A stretch of 64,000 nt of DNA from Ginglymostoma cirratum (lineage: Eukaryota): positions 19,524,760-19,588,759 of the forward strand of contig JAHRHZ010000140.1 of the NCBI GenBank assembly GCA_024137785.1. The letters run 5' to 3'. Shown piece by piece: positions 23,706 through 38,149 of the stretch. Within the stretch, counting starts at the first letter, position 1, and every line of letters starts with the position of its first letter. The notes beneath the pieces are model-generated. The model was not told where the DNA came from. It made no database searches and was given only the letters and a program-made list of their open reading frames with translations. The translations under genes were made by a program, and so were the position numbers.

Positions 23706-26700
23706 CATAGTCAAAGGATCATACAGCATAGAAACAGGCCCTTCAGCCCACCATGCTGACCAACAAACACCAAACTACACTGAACCAATTTTTCTGCGCG
23801 TGGTGTACTTGTTTTAGTCCTACTAGTTCTGGCATTTTCAGTGCTCATCCAGATGCTTCTTAAATGTTGCAACAGTACCTGCCTCCACCACCCTCTCAGG
23901 CAGCACGTTCCACATTTCTAACACCACCTGACTGAATTTTTTTCGCTCCGATCTCCTCTGAACCACTTACTCTTCACCTTAAAGTTACCGTCTTAGACAC
24001 ATCTGCCACGGGGAAAACATTCTCGCAATCTATTCTGTTTATGCTTCTCATAATTTTGTATATCACAATCAGATCACCTCTCAGCCTCCTCTGCTTCAAG
24101 GAAAACATACCCAGACAATCCCGTTTCTCCTCCTGACTGAGACTTTTCATACCAGGCAATATCCTGGTAAAACTCCTCTGCACGCACTATAGTGCAATTA
24201 CATCCTTCCAACAGTGGGGGGACCAAAATTGCACACAGTTTTCTGTCTGTGGCCTGAACAATATTTTATAAAGTTTCAAGACTCCCTGCTCCTGTACTCT
24301 ACACCTTGGCTAATGAGGGCAATCATCCTGTATGCATTCTTCACCACCCTGTCTGCTTGTGCTGACACCTTCAGGGATCTATAGACTTGTATGCAAGGTC
24401 TCTTTGTTCCTCAGTACTCCCCAGGGACCTACCATTCATTGTGTATATCCTTCCATTATTAGACCACCCAAAATCTATCACCTGCCATTGCTTTTCCCAA
24501 TTTACCAGCAGATCAATATCAGGCTGCAGCCTGAGACCACCCTCCTCACTATTAACAACACCACCAATTTTTGTGTCATTTGAAAACTTAGTAATTATAG
24601 CATCTACATTCATATCGAGTTATGAATGTATATAATAAACATCAAGGATCCCAGCTCTGATCTCTGTGGCACACCACTGGTGTCAGGCTTCCAATCACAA
24701 AAACCACACCCCACCATCACCTTTTACCTCCTGTTTGCAAGCCAGTTGTAGATCCAGTTTGCCAACTTGCCTTGGATCCCATGGGCTGTTACCTTTTGAC
24801 CCAGTCTTCCATGTGGGACCTTGTCAAAGGTCTCACTGAAGTCCATGTAAACCACAACAACAGCATTACCCTTATCAATATCTTTAGTCACCTTTTCAAA
24901 AAGCTGAGTTAGATTTGTCAGACAGGATCTCTATTTAACAAATACTTGCTGACTATCCCTGATCAATCCCTGTCTCTCCAACTGTTGATTAGTTCTGTTC
25001 CTCAGAATATTTTCCAACAATGTCCCTACCATTGATCTCAAACTAACTGGTCTATAATTTTACATAGCCTATCCCTGTTGCCATTCTTAAACAAAAGAAC
25101 CACATTAGCTATCCTCCAGTCATCTGGCACTTTGCCCGTGGTTAGCAAAATATTAAATATCTCTGCCAGAGCCTCAGCAATCTCCTCCCTTGCCTTTCAT
25201 AGCAGCCTGGGATATACCTCATCAGGCCCTAGAGATTTATGCACCTTTATGCCTGCTAAAATATCTAATATTTCCTTCTTATTGACCTTAATGCATTCTC
25301 AAATGTTACCATCCCAACTGAAATCTTCAGGTACATTGTCTTTCTCCTCTGTGGATACAGGTAAGAAATATTCATTCAAGACCTCACCCATGGCCTTAGG
25401 CTCCATGCACTGCTTTCCCCTTTAGTCTCTAACAGGTCCCACTATTTCCTTCTTATCCTCTTACTCTGAGTAAAAAGCCCTGGGATTTTCCTTGATCCTA
25501 TCTGCCAAAGATATTTCACGGCTCCTCTTTGCCCTCCTAATTTATTTTTTAAGCAATCCCCATACTCTCTATACTTTTGATGGGCCTCCCTTGTTTTTAG
25601 TGCACTGCACCTGACATACGCTTCCTTTTTAAATATAAAATTCACAATATCCTTTAGCATCCAGGGTTCCTTGGACTTGATGTCTTTTCCCTCATTTTTA
25701 GAGGAACATGCTGACCCTGAACTCCCACAAAACCACTTTTAAAAGATTCCTACTTTCCATATGTAGATTTAACAGCAAGCAGCTGCTCCCAGTCTAAGTT
25801 TGCCAGATCCTGACATTAGTCTTCCCCAATTTAGATACTTAACTTCTGCACTATCCTTATTCCTTTTCATAATGACTTTGAAAATTAGAGAGTTATGGTC
25901 ACTATTCTGAAAATGTTTGCCCGCTGAAACTTCAACCACTTGACTGGCTTCACTTCGGAGGATTAGGTCTAGCCCTGCTCCATCTCTTGTAGAACCATCT
26001 ACACACTGTCACCAAGAGCTCTCCTGGATGGACTTTAAAAATTTCACGCATCTAATCCTTTCACATTAAGGTGCGAGCACAGTTGAAACCCCCTACAACT
26101 ATAACCCTCTTTCACACCTTTCTGTGATTTGCCTACATATCTGCTGTTCATCTCACTCAACTGTTGGGAGGCCTGTGGTATAACCCCAGCAAAATAATTA
26201 CACCTTTTTTATTTCTAAGCTTCAGCCACATGGCCTCATTGAGGACCCTTCTCGGACATCCTTCCACATTACTGCAGTGATGGTTTACTTTGTCAATAAT
26301 GCAATGCCTCCACCTCTCTTACGTCCCCCCCATCATGCCTGAAACTTATATACCAGAAAGTTGAGCTGCCAGAACTGTCTTTCCTTCAACCATGTCCCAG
26401 TAATTGCAACAATATGATAGTCCCATGGGCTGATCAATGCTCAAAGTTTATTTGCCTTACCTGTCAAGCTCCTTGCATTAAAATAGAGACTATTTAGCTT
26501 TCTAGACCTCTTGTGCCACCTTGTCCTGCCCATGTCTTATTTGCCTACTGGACTGTCCTAGCATTCCCTTATGTCTGATTGGACCTTGCTCCTAACTTTA
26601 CATTTACTCCATACCCCATTCCCCTGCCAAATCAGTTTAAAACCTCCCAGGAAGGATATTGGATTCATTTTGGTTCAGGTGCAATCCATCCAGCTTGTAC

Positions 26701-26760
26701 ATGCTCCACCGACCCCAGAAGCTGTCCCAATGATCCAAAAATCCAAAGCCCTCCCTCCTA
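23706..26760 (-). mobile_element. CR1 LINE, decayed (3' UTR, RT, endonuclease, end of ORF1)
   Basis: Minus ORFs IITKFSNDTKIGGVVNSEEG..LQPDIDLL and RLRGDLIVIYKIM; endonuclease start near 26480 (LYFNARSL); many stops. Confidence 0.93.
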
Positions 26761-27110
26761 CTGTTGAAATTTAGGAAATGTGACAGTCAATTTGCACACA
26801 GCAGTATCCCATAAACAATCATATGATCATAACCAGATAATAGGGCTCTTAAGATGCAATAGGTTCAAGTCCCTGGGTTCAAGTCCCACTTGCTGGAGGT
26901 GTGTTAGAACATTTCTCAACCAGTTGATTAGAAAATCTCTCCAATAACCAGATAATCTTTATAAGTGGCATTGGTTACAAGATAAGTATTAGGATATGAG
27001 GAAGCACTGTCTTGGTCAATTGCAAACCAGTGTTATGAGATCTTTTATACTCACCTGAGAGGACAGAGAGACTTTGGTTTGAAGTTTCATCCTGAAACTC
27101 AATACTTTCG
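26760..27110 (-). mobile_element. DeuSINE interrupted by a short tRNA-SINE (26860-26940, +)
   Basis: caatttgcacacagcag..accagataat..gagatcttttatactcacctgagagg is the Deu domain in reverse complement. ataaccagataat is duplicated around the insert. Confidence 0.65.
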
Positions 27111-30100
27111 AAAATGGAAGGCACTTACTCTCCCATAGAAAAGGACAGTTTTATTAAACCCATTGAAGAGTGAACACATTTCATTACATCAAAATATCAA
27201 TGACATTAACTATTGATGTTGAATCTAGATCTCAATAAACCTTCGGGGAAAAAAATCACTTTAATAATAAAATATCTTCCAAAGCCTAGAAGTTACTGTT
27301 GCTTTTATCCAGTACTAGTGGAAGAACACTTAATGTGTCCATCACTTGTTCCATACTTTGGTAGGAACATTAATTCATTTGAATAAATGGGTTAAAACCA
27401 GTGTCATAAAATGGATTTAAAAAGAAAACAGAAAAAGATCCAAAAGGTAAGAAGAAATCCAGAAGGAAAATCACTGGGGTCCTTCATGACAGGGAATGTC
27501 CACCACTGCCCAATTATAGGCATTGAAGATGGCAGACCCTCCCATTTACATTGGTCCTGTCTTTCTACCGAGACAGGTTTAACTGATTTTGAAGGAAATG
27601 TATACAAAATAAAGGAGAGAGCATACCCTTCAAAAAACATTGTTAGTATTGCAAAGATTAGCATGATTATACAATGATCTGCATTTCTTATTAATGTTAA
27701 ATTTAGTGCAATTACACCCATTCTTATGGCAATTGCTAAATACTTGTCATGGCTCCACCTGGTGGACAGTACAATATGCAGTCTTTATGACAGTGACAAG
27801 GAATGGGAAGACATTTGCAGTGCAATTTTATAGCACTTACTGTCAGCGTGAAACATCCCAAATCAGGGACTGTACAAGTCACCATACTGCAAGTTATCCT
27901 GCTAATAGCCAATTTTATAGCTCTATCTCGGCATTTTAATTTCCTATACTCCATCAATGCTGTAGGTCGCATTTTCCCATACCGTGCTAGCAATCACACT
28001 TGAGATGCACATTTGTTTCCAAGATGTTAAGATAATATGTCATATTAATACCACAATTGTGCCCTCACAAGTATACATACTCAGCAATCCAGAAGCCCAT
28101 AGCAGGTGTGTTTTTATTATATTACTTTCTCCCTGGGCACCAGTTCTAAATTAAGCCAGTTCTAAGAATTAAAACAATCTAGTGTATTAGATTTTTCACA
28201 AAGATTGAGTGTCAGTTTTATTACTGAGGTTTGTGATGCTTGTTTATGAATTTCAAACACCCTCTTTCCAGATCATTTTTTGAGAAGAAACATGTCGCAT
28301 TGCAAATTTTAATATTGTGGCTGTTGTGAGAAATCAGTTAAAAAAGACCAGTCATTTATTTGTGTCTGTAATGGCAAGTGTATGGGCATCAGAGGACCAA
28401 TTTTATTCTTACAAAACAATGGCATAGCTTTTCTTACAGCTAGGAATATGTATGCCCAAAGGAATGCAGATGTCACTTTTATGCATTGCAGACCTCGTAA
28501 GTAGAATCTCTGACAATGACATGAGAATCTAGGGCATTGCCATAACTGCTTTCAACCACCTTTTTCAAATTCATTTTATTTATACTGGATGTCTTTCCCT
28601 GACTACTTCTCCCCAAATACATGAATTTGCGACAGTTCTTATTCATTTCAATATGAAGTTTTCATTTCATTTTTCATGCTTTGGATGTTCAAAGCGTCTG
28701 TCTTCTGTCTTGTCAGCTAGTTTCGAAATCTCTTTTGCAATTGTATACCCTATGACTCAGAAATGTTATTTAGTTTCATTTTATGAATCTTTATTAAGAA
28801 GCAGGTACACTTGTGGGGGTGGGTTCATTCGTAATTCTATGCACGATAAGCTCCTGTGAACCTGAGCTAACTCTTTCTAAGAAGAACTGTATACATTATT
28901 TCCTACATAAATATTTACGTGGCCACTTCATAGGAACACCTTAAAATCAGTAGCAGATTACCTAATTGTGCTTTCACAAACTGGAGGGAGGAAGGAATGT
29001 GAGCGTTGGAGGGAGGAAATTATAAGCAGAATAAAAACTGCATTTTACTGATGTGATATCAATTTGTTTCCTTGAAGATGATGCATTTGTTCTCACTGTG
29101 ACCCCCATTTCATAGCTTGAAAACTGTCAACTATAAAATGGCTTGTGTGAGAGGTGGGTAGCTGAGACAGAGGTAAGACATACAGAGTTGGTGTGAGGCC
29201 AGGAGCAAAATATTTAATCATTAGGAGGGTTTGAAAACTTATTTTTTCAAGGGCTTCTCTGAAGTTAGAATCGGGCCTCAAAGGTCATTATTTGGCTCTG
29301 TTGAATTTTTTTTATTCATTAATGGGATGGCTAGGCAGCATTTATTGCCCATCCCTAATAAGCCAGAGGGCAGTTCAGAGTCAACCACAATACTACATAA
29401 TTGCATACTTACAAGCGTAGGAGTTTTCATTTCGGGCACAATCAAAAATCTGGTGTAAAATCTACTTGAAATTATGCTGGTTTTCTGAAGTGAAGTTCTG
29501 ATTCAAATTTTATCCAAACTAACTTGCGTAGTGAGAAATACAAAATCATCCATGTACATGCACAATCAGGCAGCAGTACAACATATGTTGTCCATGCATT
29601 AAAAATATTAGTTAATGTAACTGAGCGGTGACCTAGTGCAGTTTTATCACTACCACTGAAAGTAAGCTTATCACATAAAAACCACTTAATCAGAATTTCT
29701 AATTCAGTTTCTGAGAGTAACCTTATTTTAAATCGCTGAAGGTGACTTCTTTAATAAAACTATACCGAATCATTTGTTTGATTAGTGGACACTGAACAGT
29801 TTCTTAGTAAATTTATTAGTTTAGTATGTGTTCAATAATTCTTTTACACCTTTGGACATTGAAAAATGTCATTGAATAGTCATAAACTGGTGCAGTTGGT
29901 GGAAATTCACTGTGCTCATTATTTCTATCCGGAAGCATGGCCAATTTAGTGAGAGCATGGGCCAGATTCTAGCAATTTTGTTTTTAAATCAGCTCTTTTA
30001 AAGACCACACAAACTCAGTTGATGCCTGATTTAACTTACAGTTCAAGCTCTGTGCCTTTATTACACTGGTTTGGAAGCTTTCAGGCACATCACAATGGTG

Positions 30101-31042
30101 CAAACACGAGACCTATATCTTTAAGTTGACAGACACTTTCCCATTGTTGCAAATTTCAAAAGCTCACTGCATTCACTTAATGTTGAAAATCTAATTCATT
30201 GATACGTTGATACTGAGATGTTGCCAACTTTGTGAAAGTTACAGTGGAAAGCTATTAAATTGGGAAAGTCCAGACAGTAAAGGGAGCAGATCGTGTGCCT
30301 TGATGCTGTTTAATAAATCATGCAACAGCCTGAAGAAACAAAAGCTTTTTACATAAATGCTGTTCCACTAATGGTCAACTGTACTTATTTTAGCATTAAT
30401 CGACCAGCTGCAATTATTTGTCATAAACCGAACTGAAAGAAAAATCCCGTTTCATCCAGGCTTTAGCTCAGTGCCATTAAAATATTAATCCTGAAAAACT
30501 AATCCCAAAAATGATCATGGCTATCACACTGCATTACTGTTCATGTCTTCAAAATATGAAATATTTGCTTTCTGCAGCAGCAATTACTCCCTTTGAGTGT
30601 TCTTTGTACATGAGTTTTTAAAATCCACTTTGTAACATCATAACATCTTCAAAATCAATTTATTTAAATTTTAATGCTCAGAATCATATCATACGTATTC
30701 AACATTATCCTCAAAGGGTTTGTCAGAAGTTGTGGAATGTCAGTGCATCAGTTCCATGAAAGTCATCAGATGGCATTAACATCATATAAAACTAATCTAC
30801 AAAGTTCATGCATTGCGACTGGGTATTAAACAGTAAGTAAAGTCAGAGCTCCATCACTGCCCGGAATAAAATTAGAAAATTTTTGAAGTGTCTCAAACAT
30901 TAGTTGAATTGTGATACATAGGAATATGCAATATGACACTAAATTGAATATCTATTACTTTTAACTTTGTTGAAATTGTATTTCATTTTTTTTAACTTGA
31001 TTCATTTATTTGAAGCACACTTTAAGATATTGCAAATAAGTT

Positions 31043-31260
31043 GATGAAGGTTGCCATAGTCTCCTTACCAGACCATAGGCCTGCTGTCTCAATGGAGAGA
31101 GATGACTGGTACTGGTTTAACCTGGGGGTCACCACACCTCAGTTGAGGGGAGAGGCTGAGAAGATGAATCCTTCATGGTGACCTCAGCTGGTGCAGGAAT
31201 TGAACCTATGCTGTTGATGTCACTCTGCATTGCAAACCAGCCATCCAGCTAACTGACCCG
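31043..31260 (-). mobile_element. tRNA-derived SINE (family also at 57805-58015, +)
   Basis: Minus GGTCAGTTAGCTGGATGGCTGG..GGTTCAATTCC..GAGGTCACCATGAAGG..TTAAACCAG..CCTATGGTC..ACTATGGCAAC. Confidence 0.7.
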
Positions 31261-31639
31261 TCACAAATAATTCAACATCTCTGAAGAAAGCAATTTTTAA
31301 ATTGATGGAAGTAAGTACAAATATATTATTTTAGAAATTATTGCACAACTTCCTCCATCTCTGTCAAATGTTGGGATGCTCCAGACATCTGTCCTGTACG
31401 TCAGGTGTTCTGAACTTTCCACTGATATCAAATAATTATGTCAGCACATGAAGTTATCTCCATCAACCGCACACATGTCATGCTCAATGTTCATTCTGGC
31501 TTACGTTTTAAGTTGGTGGAATGTTCTCAAGGTTGGCAGACGGCAGTTGACAGAATATTGACGAGATCACTGGTGTTTCCTGCCAAACCAGCTCTTATTT
31601 CTGCTCTAGTCCCTTACAAATGAACTCGGTAAAACACTT

Positions 31640-31760
31640 TCAGAAACTGAAACAATTACAGAGAATGCTGGCGAAACTCAGCAGACCTTGCAGCATCTAT
31701 GGACAGAGATACAAGCGTTTTGAGACCGGTATGATGCTTCTCTGGTATTTTGGTTTTAAT
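31640..31760 (-). repeat. Penelope-type terminal repeat fragment
   Basis: acagagaatgctggcgaaactcagcagacc..gcagcatctatggacagaga. Confidence 0.6.
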
Positions 31761-31819
31761 TCCCATAGAAACTGAACTCATTGGTGATCCAATGACCATG
31801 AGTCTCTGGACCAAATTAC

Positions 31820-34800
31820 AGATCACAGAACTTTTGCATTGCAGAAGGAGGCCATTTGGCCCATGTGTCCACACTGGTTCGCGAGCATTTTAACATAGTG
31901 TCAATCTCTTGCCTTTTTCTCATAACTCTGCACATTGTTTCCATTTAAATAAATATCCCATACTCTCTTAAACCTGCCCCTACCACATTTCCAAGCAGTG
32001 CATCCCAAACCCTAATTACTGGCTAAATAAAATAGTTTTCTTTTCTCATTTTGCATTTGCTTCCAGTGCAAAACATTTTAAGATTGTACCCAGTTGTTCT
32101 CAATCTATTATGAGAGGAAACAGTCTCTCTCATCAGCTCCAGACCCCTCATGATTTTGAAAATTTCTATCAAGACTCAGTTTTCCACTTGCCACTCTGTT
32201 CTACCATTTCCTTCAAAAGCATTGAATGCATCTCATCAAGTCCAGGAGCCTTATCAACCTTAAGGACTGATAGCTTATCCAATAGCTCGTCCTAATCAAT
32301 TTTAAAACCTTCTAATGACTGAGGTTCTTCCTCTGCTATCATGGCTGTGCAGCATCAATCATGTAGGTAAAGACAGATGCAAAGCATTCAGTTAACACCT
32401 CAGCCATGTCCCTGGCCTCCTTTTTGGTCTCTAATCAGCTTTTTCCTTTTACCATCCTTTTTCTATTGATGTGCTTATATTACTTTGGGAATTCCTTTTA
32501 TGTTAGTTGCCAGTGTTTTGTCATAATCCCTCTCTTCTTCTTGCATTTACATTTTCATCTTCCTTCTGAACCATCTGTATTCAGCCTGCTCTCAACTGGA
32601 TTTATTTTCTGACACCTGTCATAAGCACACCTTTTCTTCTTTAACTTAATTTCTACCTCCTTGGTCATCTTAGGGGCACTGGATTTGTTTATATGACCTT
32701 TTCCTTTTGAGGGACTATACATAGACAGTGTCCAAACTTCCCTCTATGAAGGTAGACCATTGTCAGCTACTGTTTACCCCACCAACCTTTGATTCCAGTC
32801 TATCTGGCCCCACTCTGTTCTTGTCCCATTGATTATTACTCTGAATTGACCAATGTCATTTTCTACAGTCATGTTAAATTTTATGATAGTGATCACTGTT
32901 CCCTAAATGCTTCTACTTGATCCACATGTCCCACCTCATCCCCAAGAACTGGGTCCAGCACTGCCTCCTTTCTTGTTGGACTGGACACCTACTGCTAGAG
33001 GAAATTCTCATGAACACAATTTAAGAACACTTATTCCTCACTGCCCTTTTTACTAGCACTGTCCCAGTTGATGTATGGGTAATTAAAGTCCCCATTATAA
33101 CTACTCCAGCATGTTTACTCAGTTCCATGATTTCCTGCATATTTATTCCTCTATATCATTGCCTTTAGTTGGTGGTCTGTATATCACCCCAAGCACTGTA
33201 ATTGCACCGTTTTACTCCTTGTCTCTAGCCAAATCAATTCTGTCCTTGAACCCCCTCTCTCCAGTACTGCAATGCTGTCCTTAACCAAAAAGCACCACAC
33301 TCCTCCATTTTAGCCTTTCCTATCTTTGCTGACACCTTGTAACCAGGAATGTATAACACCTGGTTTATACTTTCCTTAAACCAGGTCTTCATTATTGCCA
33401 CAGCATCATAATCCCACAAGGCAATCTGTATCTGTAATTCCCAAATTTTATTTACTACACTCTGCTTTCTGTGTAATCCTGATTCACACTTCATTAGTTT
33501 CTCCCTTACTTTGTGACTACACCTATTAATTTATCATTCTCTATTTTAGAGCTATTTGCCTCTCCTAGCATGTTGTATGCACTGATTTTGGTTTCTAATA
33601 TTCTCTCCTAGTTCCCACGCTCCTGTTGAGTTAGTTTAAACCCTCCAATACAGTATGAGCAAAACATCCACAAGAAACACAACCCCAGCTCTGTTCAGGT
33701 GCAACCCATTTATATTGTACAGGTACCATCTCCCCACAGCCACTCACAAGAATCCCACAAGAATTCCTCCTGCACTATCTTTCCAGCTACACAATCTTAC
33801 CCTCATATATCTGTACTCGCTTGCATGTGGAACTTGGACTAATGCAGAAGTTACTAATTAGCTTGCTAATTTTCTACCTAGATCCCTAAATTCTGATTGC
33901 AAGACCACTTCCCCCTTCTTGCCTATGCTGTTACGAGTAATATAACCCATGACCTCTGGCTGTTTGCCTTTCCCCAAAAGAATGTCCTGCAGCTGTTCTG
34001 TGACATTCCTGACTCTAGCACCATAAAGGCAACATGCCATCCTGCAGTTATGTTGACGGTTGCAGAACCACCTGTCTGACCACCTGACAAGAGAATCCCC
34101 CCCAGTATTGCCCTTCCACTCATCTTCCTCCTCTCTACAGCTAAGTGGCATGGTGGCTCAGTGGTTAGCACTGCTACCTTACAGTGCCAAGGACTCCGGC
34201 TCAATTCCAACCTTGGGTGACTGCCTGTGTGGAGTTTGCATATTCTCCCCATGTCTGTGTGGGTTTCCTCCCACAGTCCAAAGATGTGAAGGTTAGGTGG
34301 ATTGGCTATGCCAAATTGCTTAGAGTGTCCAGGGATGTGTAGGTTGGATGGATTAGCCATGGGAACTGCAGGGATAGGATAAGGGGTTGAATTGGCATGG
34401 GATGCTCTTTAGAGAGTTGGCGTGGACTTGTTAGGCTGAATGATCTTTTCCCACACTGTAGGGATTCTATTCTATAAGCCACACGTGGTGCCATGTCTCA
34501 GCTCTTTCCGCACTCCTTCAATTATCTATTGATCTCATCAATATTGAAAACATGGTTTTGGTTAGTGAGTGGGACCTCTGATGCTATCTGACTCCTTCTC
34601 TTAAATGACCCTAGTGCTTATCCATTTCCATTCTGTCTGCTTGTCATGAATGTGTGCTGTGACTGTTTCTGTCTCATAGGTGCACCTCAGTGACTGTAGC
34701 TAATGCTTGTGTTCTAAAACCCAGATCTCATGCTTGTGCAGCTGTTGGCAGCTCCTGCAAATGGTTTCATATAGCTCACGAGGATCATCCACAACTCCCA

Positions 34801-34850
34801 AATGTCATAGGACAAGCATTGCACTTGGCCAGGCTGGTCTGAACTTACAT
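31820..34850 (-). mobile_element. Old CR1 LINE with internal deletions
   Basis: 3' tail at 31820; endonuclease DYDAVAIMKTWF..IPGYKV (33234..33494); ORF1 esterase GGDSLVRWSDR..RMACCLYGARV (33858..34151). Confidence 0.85.
34145..34475 (+). mobile_element. HE1-type V-SINE inserted in CR1 ORF1
   Basis: tRNA head GGTGGCTCAGTGGTTAGCACTG, V-domain TGTGTGGAGTTTGCATATTCTCCCC..GTGGGTTTCCTCCCACAGTCCAAAGATGTG, CR1-like tail ACTGTAGGGATTCTATTCTA. Confidence 0.9.
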
Positions 34851-36005
34851 TTTTAAGGTACTTTACTTACTGTAACAAATGACCTTACCTTATTCTTGTA
34901 CCATTAACTATAAACTGGAGATTAATAAAAGTAGAAAATCTTCACCCTGATTCATAAATTAGTTCCTCCATCTGTGCCTTTAAATTATTTATTTCCCTAC
35001 ATTCATTTCAAAATGTACATTTTTAAAAATTACTGAAGTTGAAACACCATGTCTAACAGCAGCTGATCAATAAACAATCAAATCACAACTTTCTTCTGAT
35101 GTCACTCGGATTTTTTTCTCTTCATGTACTCTGTTTTATCTGGTGTCCACTCCTTCTCCCTCTTTCTCGCATGTGCTTTGAAGTCCGAGTGACACTCTCT
35201 CACTCCAAGTGGGAGTTGCCAATTTCAGAGTGGTGCCAGGATGAACGGCTAAAATTATCTTGTGTTGGTGTTGACCAATTATTTGGCAATGGAAAGTAAA
35301 ACTCTGTGCCCTGGTGCCATATGCCAATGGCAATCAATTGAAGTGATCTGCACAATGGAAACAGGGAGCTTTTGGTGGACCCCTTGAAATCTATGCACGG
35401 ATCTCTTGGGCTGTAAGCCACAATTTAGGATACTTCTATGTCATAATATCACATTCAGCACACTATCAATTGACACAGCACGTAATTATACAAACAGCAC
35501 TTCTTTTTTACTTTTGAGTGTTAAATATAGAATAAACTAATGGAGTGCGCTAGGAAGAAAGAGAGTCTGATTGTCACCTGAAACTGAAATTTTAACAAAA
35601 GCTTTTTAAATAGAAAACCACAGCTTTACCGCTAGCACACTTGCAACTTTCTTTTTAGCTTTTATATTTTCTTCATTTACAGTTACCACAATTTCATTTA
35701 AATTCTGAGATTTGGTGAGAAATTCATTTTCTTTGACCCACGACAATTCAGTTAAAAAAAAAAAGTCATTGCCACTATCAGTTCACAAATGTCTAAATTT
35801 GGGTCCTTGGGTCAAAAATACTAAGGTGAAACCAGACCACCAATTTCAGATGGCCTGAGGTCTCTGAGTAGAGGTCAGTAATTTTCTTACTGACTATATT
35901 GACCTCGAAGACCTCTGTGCAACAGCGACTTCCAGAACCAGAAGTCAATTCCACGAATGGCATTAAGCGATCACTGAGTGTTGGTCAAATGTAGACCAGA
36001 CTCGG

Positions 36006-36354
36006 TAGAACATAGAACAGTACAGCATAATACAGGCCCTTTAGCCCACGATGTTGTGCTGAACTTTTACCCTCAACCTAACGTCTATCTCACCTCCACC
36101 CCTACCTTATATTATCATCCATATGCCTATCTAACAGCCGCTTAAATGCCCCTAATGAGGTTGACTCCACTACCCTCTCCGGCAATGCATTCCACAGCCC
36201 AACCATTCTCTGAGTAAAGAACCTACCTCTGATGTCTCCCCTATATCTACCTCCACTCACTTTAATAATATGCGCCCTTGTAATAGCTACCTCAACCCTA
36301 CGAAAAAGTCTCTGGTTGTCCACTCTATCTATACCTCTGATCATTTTGTACACC
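36006..36354 (-). mobile_element. CR1 3' fragment, relatively young
   Basis: ORF 36102..36353 YKMIRGIDRVD..RGRFFTQRMVGLWNALP; tail tagaacatagaacag. Confidence 0.9.
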
Positions 36355-36414
36355 TAAGGTAAGGATAGCAGTTTCTGCTGTGGTGAGATCTGAATTCAGG
36401 TCTTCAGAACACAA

Positions 36415-36512
36415 TGTTCCGATGAAGAGTCACCAGACTCAAAGTTGACTCTGCTTTCTCTCCACAGATGCTGCCAAACCTGCTGAATTTCTCCAGCAAT
36501 TTTTGTTTTTGT
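36415..36512 (+). repeat. Penelope-type terminal repeat with degenerate hammerhead core
   Basis: gttcCGATGAagagtcaccagactcAAAGTTgactctgctttctctccacagatgctgcc..cctgctg. Confidence 0.7.
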
Positions 36513-38149
36513 CACCATTTTGTGGGTCTCTGGAGTACTAGTCCTGTGATAATACCACTACACCGTTGCTTCTCCCATAGGTTTCAGCCTGTCAATAAAA
36601 TATGGGTGAAAGGATGTCACATAAAATGTGGATGAAAATTTGTTTTGATTAATTCGATCGATGATGGTGGAAGAATGATATGCGTAACTGTTCACTCTAA
36701 TTGCCAGTAGATATTAATTACTCATTTGAGCCAAATGACATTTTACTTGAATTTTATTTTAAACTTAAGTGGTGGAAACCTGTATTGAACTTACACACGT
36801 ACATTTATTTTTCAATCAGACTATAAGGACCATTACACCAAAAGAAATACGAATAGGAGTAGCCATTCAGCACCTCAAGCCTGCTCCACTGTTCGATATG
36901 ATCATGGCTGATCCAGCATTCCTCATGTCCATTTTTCTGCCCTTTCCCTGTAAACCTTGACTTAACTTTACTATCTGAATAGAGCTACACTTTGAAGTAT
37001 GCGGCATATTCCCTTCAGATTTCTGTGTTGCTTCTCTTCGGTCTAAACACTGTTCAAATGGTTAATCAAGAGAGCACTCTTGTAACTAATACAGAATAGT
37101 CAACATTTCCTTTTCAAGTCATGGTGTAGCAATTCATAGATTTGACAAACATTTCAGCACATTCCCCATGTCTGAACAAGAAGGGTTAAGCTAAGGTAAT
37201 TGGGTCTCATGCTTCATGTCAATAGATCTAATGTGATGTGATCAACTAGTAGAGAAAACACAGATTATCCGACTTCATGTATAGATGTCATGAGCAGGTT
37301 CTGGGAGATTTCGGCAGGCAACAGGACACCATGCTGGTGCAAACAATGAATGGTTATTAGAATTATCGCACCATGGACAGAAGCACAGTAAAGAAAGATT
37401 TTACTCGAGCTTTCTTTCACCAGGTTCTAGTCCCACGTGATTTAACATCATCTATCATCATGCAGCTTAATTATTAGCATGTACCTTTTAATCTATGTGC
37501 AGTAAAGTAAATTAAAAAAAACTTACCATTATCAGGTCAAATTGATCTTGTAGTGGACTCTTCAAATAGACTATAGACTCCTCATTTGCGCACACAACAA
37601 GCCTGTTCTCTTTTAGGCATTAGCCCTGCAGGACGCAATGATATTATTTCTGGGGTCAAGCAGCATGATGTGGACTAACTGCTGCCCTATATATTAGCTC
37701 ATGTAAGATAAACCTTAAAGATAGATGTTTTGAAGTTTATTAGTAACGCTATTTACATTGCTATTATGTCACTGCATAATTACTCCACATTACATATGCA
37801 TAATAAACTGACTGAACGCCCTTAACTAAGTCCATTACATTGATAGAGTGACTGAAGGAATGTCACAAGTTGTGATGTCATTGCCATAAAGGTACCCTGC
37901 CTGTCAGATCAGGAACTTAATAAGACAACATCCATCATATTAGTTCCTTCACCAATATGACATATAGTACATAGTTATTATCATATTGGAAGCTTGGAAG
38001 AGTGGTTAGTACTTGAATTTATTGGCCAGCAATTTTTTTTTGGCATTTTATTTAGTTATAGCTGGTTCAAAAACTCAATTTTGCCACCAGTTGGGAAATT
38101 GGTAATATATCTGCTAAGCTCAGCAACTCTGAAGTAAACCTTGGTGAGA

